From the NCBI GenBank assembly GCA_048772705.1, contig JBLWGC010000169.1:136088-200087 (forward strand): DNA of 64,000 bases, read 5' to 3'. Positions 21,838-33,600 of the stretch are shown here, one piece after another (the first letter of the stretch is position 1; the number at the start of each line of letters is the position of its first letter). The translations under genes and the position numbers were made by a program. This DNA is from Leidyana gryllorum EB-2025a. Lineage: Eukaryota; Protista; Apicomplexa. The notes under the pieces are model-generated. The model was given only the letters and a program-made list of their open reading frames with translations, was not told where the DNA came from and searched no databases.

Positions 21838-23866
21838 ATGGCGAGCCTGATCCTATCCCAGGATTGGCGGGCAGTTGTCGCACTCACAGAGTCTATCATT
21901 GGTGTGACGAGGCTTCTATTTCCTTGCAGTGCTATGTATTGCCCTTGTCGCGATTGCCTTTACGCATATCATCACCACGGATTGTTCCCTAAGTGAGTCC
22001 TGTCGTATTGGGACTGGACAGAATGTGTCTTTTTGAGCAGTGGTGGTTGGCCTCACCTCATACTCGAGCAACCAGCGGTTGTCGCTAAGCCGAACTATCA
22101 TACCTCCTCCTCTCACTCCTCATCCAGTTCGTCATACAGCTATTACGAGGACTCGCAGAGCAACAGCAACTCTTCTGGAACCAGCAGCGGGGAACACTCA
22201 AGCAGCAATCGCGCCGTCTCCGTGAGCGACCATGACAGAGACAACGAAGCCGTCGCCACCGCCACCCCCGAGGAACTGTCAACAGCGGAAACCGCCTATA
22301 TGGTTGCCAGACTGCTGCGATTTGTCCCGCAGGCCACAGTACCCGACGCTCTCCAGTGAGACACACTGTACTCCCAGCCTATGTCGCAATTGTCGTGCAC
22401 AGAGCGTTACGCATGTCCGATAACGACTTGCACAGTGCAGTTCGGTACCTTGTGGATGCGATGGTGGATCGCACAGCGCGTGTGAGCTAGACTGCACTGG
22501 CATTGACTTTCATTTGACCGCTCAGCGCAGAGAGGCGAGACGCCTCGCTCAGGGCAGCATCGGCGACATCTTCCCTCACAGCGCCTTCGACGGAACTCAA
22601 AGCTCAGCTACAGCCAACGAGTCGGCAACGGGTACAAATGCGCTCCCTTGGGTCAGCTACTCAGACATGCTCGCTGGAGTTGGAAGCCAACAACCCCCTC
22701 CGATATCGCCGCTCATTTCATTCCTCGAGAACCAGGCCAAACCCTCTGGACGCCGAAAAGCACTTCTGATCGGCATCAGCTATTTGGGCACCAGTCACCA
22801 ATTGAAAGGACCCCTGGAGGACGCAAGACGTCTCAAGGCGCTCTTGACACGAGTATACGCGTTCCCGGATCATCCGACCTCATTACTGGAACTGACTGAA
22901 AGCGCCGAGGATGCAATTTATCGCCCGACTCGGGCGAATATCCTCAAGGTATTTGCGCAACCGACTGCACAGTGCACATTTCGTGTGCATCACACTCTCA
23001 CACTGCATCGTGCACGAGCACTATTCAAGTCTACGCACCACACTTTGCACTATGCACCGGTTGGACAGCTGCTTCCTCTATGTGTTTCTGATGCGATCGA
23101 TATTACTGTGGTACAGGCGATGCAATGGCTGACGCAAAATGCGTCGCCAGGCGATGTGCTGTTTTTTCATTATTCGGGCCATGGTGGGCAACTGCCTGCC
23201 TTAGAAGGCGATGAGTATGAGAGCGACGGGCTGGATGAGACCATCCTGCCTCTAGATTACGAAACCGCAGGAATGTTGCGGGACGATGACTTGAATGCAC
23301 ATTTAGTACAGAAAGTACCTCGGGGGGCGAAGCTGATTGCCATTCTTGACTCTTGCCACAGTGGCACCGGACTCGATCTGCCACATGTCTGGGACCAATA
23401 TACACACCAATGGAGACGGGAACGGGCTAAGTATCAGCCACCCGCCGATATCACTTTGCTGGCAGGATGCAGAGCCGATCAGACGTCAGCGGATGTCAAG
23501 TTTGGATCTGGATACAATGCCCAGGCTGGAGGAGCCATGACTTTAGCTTTCCTATCTGCAATTTGCGCCCGACCTTTCCGCCAAACGTTCAAAAGTTTGC
23601 TTTCCCAAATGATGGCCAGTCTTCGTAGCAGAGGATTTCGACAAACTGTGCAACTGAGCAGTTCCTTTCCCTTCCCCATCGACCGCCGGTTCGGGTAAGT
23701 CAGTCAGTCAGTCAGTCAGTCAGTCCGTCCCTCAGTCAGCCAGTCACTCACTACTAACTCACACTCACTCAGTCACCACATTGCCTCCCTTGACTGTCTG
23801 ATCTCCCACAATCGCTCTGTCTTATGTTTTCCCACTGTCAGCTTTGATGATATTCTGCTGCGATGA
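21838..23866 (+). CDS. Type I-like metacaspase with N-terminal prodomain
   Basis: RRKALLIGISY, FFHYSGHGGQ (catalytic His), DGLDETILPLD, DSCHSGT (catalytic Cys), GCRADQTSADV. Upstream exons join in frame from ATG 21838. Confidence 0.93.
23697..23775. repeat. (TCAG)n/(TCAC)n intronic microsatellite
   Basis: Tetranucleotide runs directly after the GTAAGT donor. Confidence 0.85.
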
Positions 23867-24042
23867 TGCATGTTTTGTTCGCACAACCGATTATTATTCC
23901 CTAATGGTCGTCCCCGCCCCACCCAGCAGCCTCCAGGGGCACCGCTGTAGCGGCTGCGAATTATTTTAGACAGAACATTATTTTGCAAATCGACTGTAAG
24001 AATCGGGTGTAAAGAAATTCCACGAGTAGTAGATAGAGCGCA

Positions 24043-24405
24043 ATGAAGCTGGTGCGATTTTTGATGCGTCTGGCGAATGAGTCGGTGGTCATCGAACTCA
24101 AGAATGGTACCGTTGTTCAAGGCACAGTCGTTGGAGTGGACATTTCTATGAATACCCACTTGAAGAGTGTCAAGATGACGGTCAAAGGACGAAACCCCGT
24201 CAGCGTGGACCATCTCACTATCCGAGGCGCCACCATCCGCCATTGGATCCTCTCAGACTCCATTCCTCTCGACACCTTCCTGATCGACGATACTCCCAAG
24301 GAAAGGCCGCCCAGAGAAGGTAGAGGAATGGGAAGAGCCGCCCGTGGAGGTCGAGGTATGCGAGGTGGACGAGGCATGCGCGGCCGTGGTGGAATGAGAC
24401 GTTAA
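24043..24405 (+). CDS. SNRPD1: Small nuclear ribonucleoprotein Sm D1
   Basis: [56 protein letters not shown] plus an RG-rich tail. Confidence 0.97.
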   Translation: MKLVRFLMRLANESVVIELKNGTVVQGTVVGVDISMNTHLKSVKMTVKGRNPVSVDHLTIRGATIRHWILSDSIPLDTFLIDDTPKERPPREGRGMGRAARGGRGMRGGRGMRGRGGMRR

Positions 24406-24747
24406 GGGGACGACCAGCAGCAAGAAACAAGAAGCTGTGTAGTGTTACCAGCCTAGCGAGCGTATCAACATGACAGCAAGAGGGATAGCGGCCATAAATT
24501 GCGGAGCTGGCCGGCCCATCTGCCTCAGGCCCAATAATCACTCAGCCTGCCCCGTCCTGTCATTATCCCGGATTGCTGCTGACTGACTACCTGTCTGCCC
24601 TCAATAATAATTCGCCACAGGGCTCTTGGTGCCCACCAGGAGCCAGCCAGTTTCGATTCCGAGGCTAGGAAGAAGGTCTGTGTACATCAGTAAATGTGTA
24701 TGTACCACCCGTGTTGGTTGTGCTTGGTTTGATGATCGAGGAACGAC

Positions 24748-24792
24748 TAACTGACTGATTGACGGACTGACTGACTGACTGACTGACTGACT
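24748..24792. repeat. (CTGA)n microsatellite
   Basis: About 10 tetranucleotide units, probably in a minus-strand intron. Confidence 0.85.
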
Positions 24793-24938
24793 GTACGAAC
24801 GAATGTATCGCCGATACTCAATTGCTGAAAGACATCAACGAAGTGTTCAAGTACTGTGCGGATGCCATGTCTCCGTGTTCGCACACACAAAGTGTGTGCA
24901 GATGGTAAAGTAGCGCTAAATGATAAAAAGTACATTGG

Positions 24939-26988
24939 TCACTGCCGATTGGTGATTCTATTGAGGCACCGGAGTCGGAGTGACCTTCTGTTGACTGTAT
25001 CATCCCTATAGAAGACGTGTCTGAATCTGCGATCCTTGTGGATCCAAAGGAGATAGACGGGAGCCGCTGTAGATAACAAACTGAGGCCCGTGATGACCAC
25101 ATCAATCTCCCAGAACGAATGCCCTTTGTCAGAAACGATTAGTAGCGGATATAAAAGGAGCACAAAGGCCCCCGTCAACCACTGGGCAACGCCCGCCACC
25201 TTTATATTGATGGGTGTGTCATAGACGGCTTGAGCAGCAGCAAACGGGAACAGTCCAATGGCAGCCAGATAGATCCAATGCAATAAAAGTGATACCAGCG
25301 CAGCCGGTAGATTGTCCACAATCAAGTTTGTCAACGAATGAGTCATGGCCACGAGACTCAGTCCTATGGCTATCACGAAAGGCCCGAAGCGGTCGAACAA
25401 ATGACCAATCAACAAGGCTGGGAGACACGATAACGGCAGTGCCAGCTGAAAAGCAAACTGCAATGGCGGATGACGCTCGCGAGATGTCGAGGCAAACCAC
25501 ATCGTTCGGAAGCCTATGACCAGCATATACGCCAGAAACGGCCACATCCGGAACGACGCAGCCGACGCTAAGCAGTCACGCCACAGCCGCTCATCAGTTG
25601 TCACTCGAAGATACCGATATGGCAGCAAACAAGGAGTCGGCACGTGCGCCAGTCCACCACCACCGGGCTCCAAGATGGCAACACCCCCTCCTCCGACGAC
25701 GCCAGCATCATATTGGTGGCGCTTTGTAGCCACACCCCCTGCGTGGTGCCGAACCCATATCGTCCGAGGGAGCATTAGCAATGCCGAGAAAGCAGCTATT
25801 GCCACGAAGGCTGCGTAGATTTCGCATCCAGTTGAGATGTTCAAAGGGCGTTGCTCCTTGTGAAAGTGACCCAATGCCAGAATCGGCGCTGTGCCCAAAA
25901 CACGACAACCCCAAATAATCGATCCCAACTTGCCTCGTCCAGAATGAAACAAATGTGTGATCTGATGAAATAACCCACTCAAAAGCAGCCAACACACACA
26001 ATATCAGCACACACAAACAAGACGTTGAGCACATTTGACGCACCTGATGGAGACCTCCGTGAGCCAAATCGCCCCCCATAGCGATCAGCATACACGCGAG
26101 ACCGGCTAAATGGGTGCTGTGGTTGACGGTCGCTCCTAACAAGAGCAGACCCACAACGCGACACAGCAATCCCAGTGCCACCGCTGTACGCGGTCCCAGT
26201 ACACTGCTGAGTCCGCCAGCCATAAAGTTCACCAACGCCCCCAACGTGAGTGTCAAATACACTGCGCGTCGTTGGGATCCGCACGTTCCAACCAATACAT
26301 CGCGCCATGGTACCTCGTCCTCACAGAGCGCTGTAAACGACTTTCGAGACAACAACAACTCCGAAACTCGACCCCACAGCAAGTAGTACGGAGCCGAGAA
26401 GATGGCTATTCCACAGGCAGCGCCGAACAGTATCCAACGGGACTCAGGAAAGTCACGACGCACCGCCGACGGCGGCCGTTGGGGGGTGTGCGCTAGCGGC
26501 CTATGCACTTCACACTGAACTCCAGAACGAGAAGGCCAATCCACTTCCTGTCTCGCAAAGACAAATCAAGTCCACATTCCTCACCAAATGAACAGAGAAA
26601 CCACTCAAGATCAGACAGCAAACGGCAAACAACAAACAGCGAACATTCCAGCAGGCAGCTAACACACTTCACACACACTTCACACACCTCACACATGCCA
26701 CACAGCCACACACCCACCCCATACACACACACACACACACACACACACGTTTACTCACGACAGGTGGTGGTTCGTGGGAGCATTTGCTCCTGGCCAAGAC
26801 TGCCCTGGACATTGGTTGAGAGCGTTTGAAACTGTGCTGTACCGTAGGAGGCGTCTTCCAGCTTCCTCATAGGCGGCGTTTGAGGTTTGGGGAGTGGCTG
26901 CATTTGAGTCTCTACAGTGAGCGGTTAAGCGCGCAGGTCTCGGGTTTTCGGATCGGCGCGGTTCCAAGAGGGCAGTGACAGGTCGCAT
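24939..26988 (-). CDS. MFS transporter, divergent ApiAT/SLC43-like
   Basis: About 12 hydrophobic segments across ORFs 25708-26544 and 24939-25997. Loop pattern W..V...L.....F..LC...C.SQ, and GHLFDRFGP. First exon from ATG 26988. Further 3' exons may extend to about 24530. Confidence 0.75.
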
Positions 26989-27215
26989 AGCGGCCACGGA
27001 GGCCGAGCAATGCGAAGAGTATGATCTACAGGCCGGCGTATACCACCTTGTGGAGAGACGAGTACCTCGCAAGAGGAGTGACGCTCACTGATACCGGCGT
27101 GGGCGGCAGTGGTGAGGGCCATCTCGGTGGCGGTTTGGCGGCGTCCCGTTCCATGACGGTCCTTGTACGGACACGTGTTTGTACAAACGGGACAACATTA
27201 CGTGTCTGATCGTCG

Positions 27216-27514
27216 ATGATCTTCGCCGCCGTTTTGCTAGTGTTGATAGGCCTTTACGTGGGTATGGCGTTCCCACCGAGGCCGTGGGTACGCTCCCTCT
27301 CACTGGCGGCCACCGCACTGCTGTGCCTTTATGTGGTGCTGAACCTGACTCTTCCGACGTTGGTATTCCTGACTTCAGTGGGTGGCTTGTTTGTTCTGCT
27401 ACCCATTACAATCGTTCGGCGACTTCGGCGCGGCGGGGAGAGCCACACGGCGTCAAGTTGCTGACGGGGGGCCTTGTGATGGCCATTATTCTTCTCAGCT
27501 ATCACGAACGGTGA
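27216..27514 (+). CDS. Small very hydrophobic membrane protein (putative)
   Basis: The 82-aa ORF 27216-27464 has three hydrophobic stretches. An optional in-frame intron 27414-27457 would give an 84-aa form ending LLTGGLVMAIILLSYHER. Confidence 0.4.
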
Positions 27515-27545
27515 CAAGCCCAGACCGACCGACCCTTGCACGTCC

Positions 27546-27608
27546 AAACCCTAGTTAGCCGGTGCAAACCCTAGCCACCGCAAAACCCTAGCGGCCGCAA
27601 AACCCTAG
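27546..27608 (+). promoter_or_regulatory. Cluster of four telo-box-like AAACCCTAG motifs
   Basis: Exact AAACCCTAG at 27546, 27566, 27583 and 27600. The sequence is certain; a regulatory role is inferred. Confidence 0.55.
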
Positions 27609-28556
27609 AAGGCATTCGATGTGCGGCATTCAATATATTCGACATTCGATAGTATCAATCGCCATTCGCAGTCGATTTGCAGCGGAGCGGAAGACAGATG
27701 TTATACAGATAGTAGACAGAGAGCTCGCGTCTTCGTTGGTTTTTTTTTCGCAATGGGGGACCAAAAGGGAACAGATAGATCACCAAGCATTAATCGATCA
27801 AAGCCCAGTTGTGCATCGACCGCGAGTATTGATTCTGAAAGGTAATTTGGACCTTTGTATTCAGTTGGAGTCGCTTTACCGAAACCAAACTCACCTCCGG
27901 ATAAAATTGCCGATCGCTCCGCCAGTAGATGTCGGCGGCGGCCTCGGAGATTTGGAGTTGGATGGACAGCGACAAGGACGGGGAGACTTGGGACACTCAG
28001 CTCGCTTTGCGGGCGCCGGGGGCGTGACACATTCTGCGCTAGAAACCACGCGTGATCGAGATCGACTGAAAATCGATCCCGACTTCTTGCAATCCTTCGC
28101 AGCTCGGATTCCCTCGATCACCGCGCCTCCTACTTCCGCTTTGATGTGCCCGCTCGAGCAGGGGCAAACTGAGGGTAACAAACAGTTGTAGATGACCACC
28201 ATGCAGCAGTAGTGTTGGGAGCACCAGCCAGGCATCACAGATCGAAGACACACGACGCAACGTATTTGGAAAGAGTGTACAACGGCGGATGGCGCGGGAC
28301 AGACAGGCAGACAGACTAATCAGACATCATCAAGTTGCTTCGAATTCTCCAACAAACAGTGTTGGTCAGCTCTCATCTATCGCTCGCCATCAGCTCTTGT
28401 GACAGGTAGAAGTGGGCTGTGCAGTGTGCAGTGAGCATATAGAAGGCTGCACACACTATTAAGTGTGTGCAGCGCGCATTGTGCATTGTGTTGTGCGTGC
28501 GACACGCAACATCAAATTTGTGGTCCGCATTTGTGTTATTCGCAAAGTGGACAGTT

Positions 28557-30596
28557 TCAGGTATTGGGTGTGGTACGAATTGCTGCTTGGGCAAAGTGTG
28601 TCAGCGAGGAGGGTAGCTCACGCGTGATGCAGCGTTTCTCAGGGCAGTGGGGGCAGCCGAAATGTAGTAGTTGTACTTTGAGTCTGTTGGTGGCATCTTC
28701 GAGCGAGCGGTACTCGTCCATGAGAATATCGAGTCGTCTGCGTTCGTCGAAGATGCGTTCGCGCATTTCCTTTGCACGGGCGAGGTGGATAGCGCGTTCC
28801 TCGCGGAGGCGCGTGAGGGCGTGTTTAATGTTCTCACGTTCCTTGGTGGTGCAGTTTTTGAGGGTGCCGAATTCCTCAGCTGACCTCTGTTTTTCGAGAA
28901 CTTCTTCATCTGCGACTTTGCGTTCGATCTCTGTGATGAGAGTTTTGAGTCGTCTGGCTTCATCTCGTAACATTGAGATGGATTCTCGGCCTCTGTGGTG
29001 ATGGAGTGCTTCAAGAGTTTGTATGCGTCTCGCTGTCTCCTCTTCGTGCCAGGCGAGTCTGTTCTCTTCTCGTTGAATTCGGAGCAAAATCTCTTCCACA
29101 GCCTCCAGTTCGCCTCGTTCAGCTTGAATGCGCGACTCTGCCGCCATTTGCAGTTCCGCCGCCCGTCTCATTCGGTCGCGTAGTTCTCTCAGGTCTTCGC
29201 AGCTCGCAGGAGAGTGTTCTCCCCGCAGAATACGAAGGAGCTCAATGTGCGACATGAGTGGGTGCCGCGACGCGTGACGGAGCGCGCGATCTTCGATGTG
29301 GTGGACAGCCGCCGTCTCCACTGCCGCCAAGGCGGCCGCTCCTACGGCGTGGCGGACGGGGTGGTGTTCCGCAGCCTCTTCGGTGAGAATCTTGGGAGTG
29401 GACACGGCCCGTCTGGAACAGAGTGTTTCGACTCCAATTCCGGCCAGAGCTCTCTTCAACGTTGGACACGGAGTAACATGACGAGATCGACGATGTAGAC
29501 GACAGGGAGACACGGCATTCGTGGGGATTTCTTGGCGTCTCGCTACCTTCTTGTCATGGTGCTTCCGATGCATCTTAGTAGCCGCCATTAGTCCAGCGCC
29601 TATTGCTGCCGTCTCAGCTATATTCAAGCGATGTTTTCTGTGTTCCGCGTCACTGTCATCACCTCGATGGTGATGGAAGTGGTCCAACAGTTGTTCAGCT
29701 GCTTCCCGTAAATGATGGTCATGTGATGGTGTCTCCGTCTCCTTGCCGCCTTTCGGCGTCTCCGTCTCCTTGACAGCCGCCTCCGCCGTCTCGTTCTCCT
29801 TTTTCTTCTTGTGGTGGTGACGGACGGTGGCAGCGGCTCCCAGGACTGCAGCCGCTCCTAGAACACCCGCCACAGCCTTGTGGTGATGGTGATGATGTGC
29901 AGGATCTTTGTTGTCGTCACTCTCACTGTGTGCCACAGACCCCGCCGTCTCCTTGCGCGAGCCCGACGTCTCCTTGTGCAGAACGGCACACTTGGAGGAG
30001 TGGTGTTCCTTGGGCTCTTTACTGTCAGAGGACTGTCGGCGTTCGTGTTCGCGATGTATGGCCTCGGCGGCGAGTGCCACTCCGGCAGCAGCGGCTACTT
30101 TGCCAGACTTGAGGGCCTTGCAGGGTCGGGGTGAGTGTTCGGACTTGCGCGCGGCGAGTTCTCCGGCAGCGAAGCCCGCGGCGGCTCCCAAGGCGGCGGC
30201 AGCGAGTTTGTGTGAGGAATTGCTGTGGGATGCGGAGGAAGACGAGGAGGAAGAGGAGCGACTGCGTTGATGGTGATGTTTGCGGAGACGGTGTCTCCGT
30301 CTGTGGTGGTTGTCGTTATCGGCGTCTCCGTCGGTGGCACGTCGCGAGTCGGCGGCGAGTTTGGCCGCCGCGTTGGCTATGAAGCTTTTGTGCAGGTGGC
30401 AGTGGGGTTCATGGACGGCGGGTTGGTGTTCACATAGACAGCCAAAGGAGGGCGGAGACGGCGGCGGGTTGATGTGTGCTTCAACCACTTTGCAGGAAGG
30501 GCTCTCGGGAGGGGGGGGCGCCTCAGTATTGGAGGAACTTCGCAGCCCCGTTTTGATAGAGTCCACGATCCGAAAAGGCAGCAGCTTTTGAGCCAT
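28557..30596 (-). CDS. His-rich repeat protein with C-terminal coiled coil
   Basis: Open frame of about 680 codons from ATG 30596. Poly-His blocks alternate with Ala/Gly-rich segments, followed by E/R/L heptads. It could instead be spliced onto the upstream kinase gene. Confidence 0.75.
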   Translation of the reverse strand: MAQKLLPFRIVDSIKTGLRSSSNTEAPPPPESPSCKVVEAHINPPPSPPSFGCLCEHQPAVHEPHCHLHKSFIANAAAKLAADSRRATDGDADNDNHHRRRHRLRKHHHQRSRSSSSSSSSASHSNSSHKLAAAALGAAAGFAAGELAARKSEHSPRPCKALKSGKVAAAAGVALAAEAIHREHERRQSSDSKEPKEHHSSKCAVLHKETSGSRKETAGSVAHSESDDNKDPAHHHHHHKAVAGVLGAAAVLGAAATVRHHHKKKKENETAEAAVKETETPKGGKETETPSHDHHLREAAEQLLDHFHHHRGDDSDAEHRKHRLNIAETAAIGAGLMAATKMHRKHHDKKVARRQEIPTNAVSPCRLHRRSRHVTPCPTLKRALAGIGVETLCSRRAVSTPKILTEEAAEHHPVRHAVGAAALAAVETAAVHHIEDRALRHASRHPLMSHIELLRILRGEHSPASCEDLRELRDRMRRAAELQMAAESRIQAERGELEAVEEILLRIQREENRLAWHEEETARRIQTLEALHHHRGRESISMLRDEARRLKTLITEIERKVADEEVLEKQRSAEEFGTLKNCTTKERENIKHALTRLREERAIHLARAKEMRERIFDERRRLDILMDEYRSLEDATNRLKVQLLHFGCPHCPEKRCITRELPSSLTHFAQAAIRTTPNT

Positions 30597-30678
30597 ATCC
30601 GCACTCACTGAGCCCGAGAGCTCTTTGCATGTCCCAACCCTTTCCGTACTCAAAGGGGCGCCCCAGACCACCCGGTCA

Positions 30679-33600
30679 TCACAGCAGACTTAGTGCGTGC
30701 GACACTTGCGTCTTTGCAAAGTAGGAACGTCCCTGGGCCGTCGCCAATGGAGACGGCGAGAACACGCGCTCAGACTTGGGCGTCACCACTGGACACAAAC
30801 TACTGCGGCCTAACGGCGCAGCAGCCAAACGCCCCGCAGCTACCATCCGGAACGCGGGAGCTGTCAATGTATCCACAGCCGTCGCAGTCGCCGGCATCAA
30901 CCGCGTTCGGGCCACCTGAATCCGGCCCGACTCATTAGCCACTGACTGCCAACTCAAACTCGTGTCTCGATAGTGCCGACTCGTGTGCCACGGAATACCC
31001 TCCTGTTTACTCGTTGATCGTGTGTGAGTGTGATGTAACGGACTGTGATGGTGGTGCAGCGTAGCTGCTGAATGCGGATGAGAGTGTGAATGATGAGTTG
31101 CCGTCGCCCCCGCACTCGACGGCATCGCTGCTGACGCCGTCCCTCTATTGTAGTGAGGAGGCAGTGTCGTCGTTGACACTGTCGTAATCTGAGGCTTATG
31201 TAACTGAGGATAACTTCGGTGCACCAAAGTCGTTCTCGGCTCAGCACTATGCGTAGTCGTAGTAGTCGTCGTGCTCGTCGACGTCGTACTCATCGGAGAC
31301 GGCGCCCCCACATGATACTGATGGTGATGGGGAGGCGGCGGCGTCGCACTCGGAGGAGACATCGACGACGACGACGCATTCAACAAACGCAACTCTGCCG
31401 CCGTCGGAATCGCTTTCCGACGCGATTGAGACTCTTTTCGAGATGCTGTCCGCCGTCGCCGAGCAGGAATCGTGCTCTTCCATGGTGTCTCCTCCACCGT
31501 ACGGTGCTCAGGCAGACCTCCAGTCGTCGCCGCCCCGTCACGCCCCCATAACGACGACGATTCTTGCGTCGCCATTTGCGGACGAGGCACTCGCCCCCCG
31601 CTAGCCACCCACTCAGGACGCTCCGAAGGAACCTTCTTGTTCACAGACTCCGCAGCCACAGCCGGCGGACCGTGCTGTCGAGGCGTCACATTATCGCGAG
31701 ACGCACTCTCCAACCGCAATGTCGACGACAACAACCGACTGGTGTCGCTCGCGTCATCTTCGCCCTGAAAAGGAAAAGATGCAATCTCAACATCATAAAT
31801 CAATCGCGCACACCGCAAATGCACGTGCGCCGAGCGCCAAACCCCTTGCATCAAGCACATTCCCAGTCCCCGTTGCATCGAGCGACAAAGCCCTTGCATC
31901 GAGCAAATAGTCGGTGCATCGAGCAAGCAAATATCCTCCCCTTCCCTGCACGAGGAGGGCACTTACTTCGGCTTTATAAATTCTGCGTGTGAGTGGAGAG
32001 ACGAGCAGAGAGCGCGGCGACATCCTGCTGGACCGAGCGCCGCCCGCACCAGAATCTTTTTTCTTGCTCAGGACAGAGAAGTAGTGTCTGGGTGACTCAG
32101 CTCCGCCTCTGGCTGTGGGGGGTGCACACAGCAAAGCGTCATAATGAGTCAGTAAACAGTATGAAGGCTTGCTTTTCCGGCAGAAGAGCATTAAATAGTA
32201 TGTAAAGTACCGCTTGGGAACGTGTGGGCCTTGTTCGGCCAAAAGCCTTCGAATTGTTCTTGCTCTGCAAGGCGACAACTTTGATAGATCAACCAACTCC
32301 CAGCCAGCGTACCGTGACTCTATCTCGGCCAGAGGCCGCATTAATTCACTGTGGAGAGCTTTCCGGACCACCGGAAGCTGTAAGCTAAAGGTGCGCAGCA
32401 ACCGCGGACGGTCGCCAGGCGGTGAAAGGGATAGGAGTTCCAGCATTAGACGTTCGTGCGCTTTCGGGGGCGGATCCTCATTCCCCTCGCTGGCTGGAAA
32501 GACAGACTTTCTCAGCAAACGAGGGTCCGCAATTCTCAAGAATGGGTGGTTTAACGCTTCATTGACGGACCTGCGGCGGAAAAGTGGCAACAAAGGTGGT
32601 GAGGGGACTCAGCCTTTCTCACATTCGGGTCTCGGGGTTGGGGTCCAACAAACGAAAGATGAAGTCCTTTGCATCTTCCGACACCAGCCCAGGGTCGATA
32701 CCACATCTTTGGAACAGCTCATTGTATTTCTGAGCAGCGCACAGATTCCAGTTGGGGTCATTGTCGTCAGGGTGAACAGACTGCAGATGGAGAGATGATG
32801 GGGGTAACGATGCCGCACCCAGCGCTTAGTTACCTCAAAGATTTCTGTTGCAAACAGAAAGTAAAAGGAAGACCAGCCCAGACACCAGGCATCAACCTTC
32901 GTCGCTTGATAGGGGGCGTGACAAAAGATCTCTGGAGGTCTGAACTTTTTGCCCACGCAGCCCTTATAAGGTACCGCGACCTCTTTCCCATCCGAATCGC
33001 TCCGGAACAATACCGCTTGTCCGGGGTCGCAAAGTTGGATCTGTCCAAACGCGTCCAACGGGGCCACACAGACACACATCCACACATCCACACACCCGCA
33101 CGCCCACACACCCACACACCCGCACGCCCACACACCCGCACACCCACACACCCGCACACTCACACACACACACACCCACCGTGTATTCGCCTTCGAGGTT
33201 GTAAGAAAGGAGACAATTTTCGAGGGAGAAGTCCTGCAGAGCAACGCCTTTGGCGTGACAGGCGTGCAGCCCCTCGGCGGCAGCCTTCATGGCCATGGCG
33301 GTGACTTCTTCGGGGAGACCCAGCGGATATTGTTTGAGCTGAGATCAGGTGGGATTGAGACTAGGGCTGGCCGCTCCGAGGCTCACCAGTTCAAGTAGAT
33401 CCTCGCCATTAGCAAAGTCCGAGATGACAAAGTGGAAGTCCATAGCGCCGATAACTTCGCGAATAACAGCGACATTCTTGCAGCCGTGAAGAATTGGAGC
33501 GAAAAATACCTCCGCCAGAGGTGTCTCTGGCAAATCCGAGACGGGCCGATTGTCATCTGTGGCGCCACGAAATGGTCAGTGACAGCTTGTCGTCGCCTCA

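Noticed and set aside
24621-24660. 10-bp hairpin followed by TTCGATTCC resembling a tRNA T-loop
   Set aside because: No cloverleaf can be built. It probably lies in a terminal exon or UTR of the MFS gene.
27546-27608. Telomerase RNA template or true telomere
   Set aside because: The motifs are single AAACCCTAG units separated by unrelated spacers, not tandem repeats or a 1.5-repeat template.
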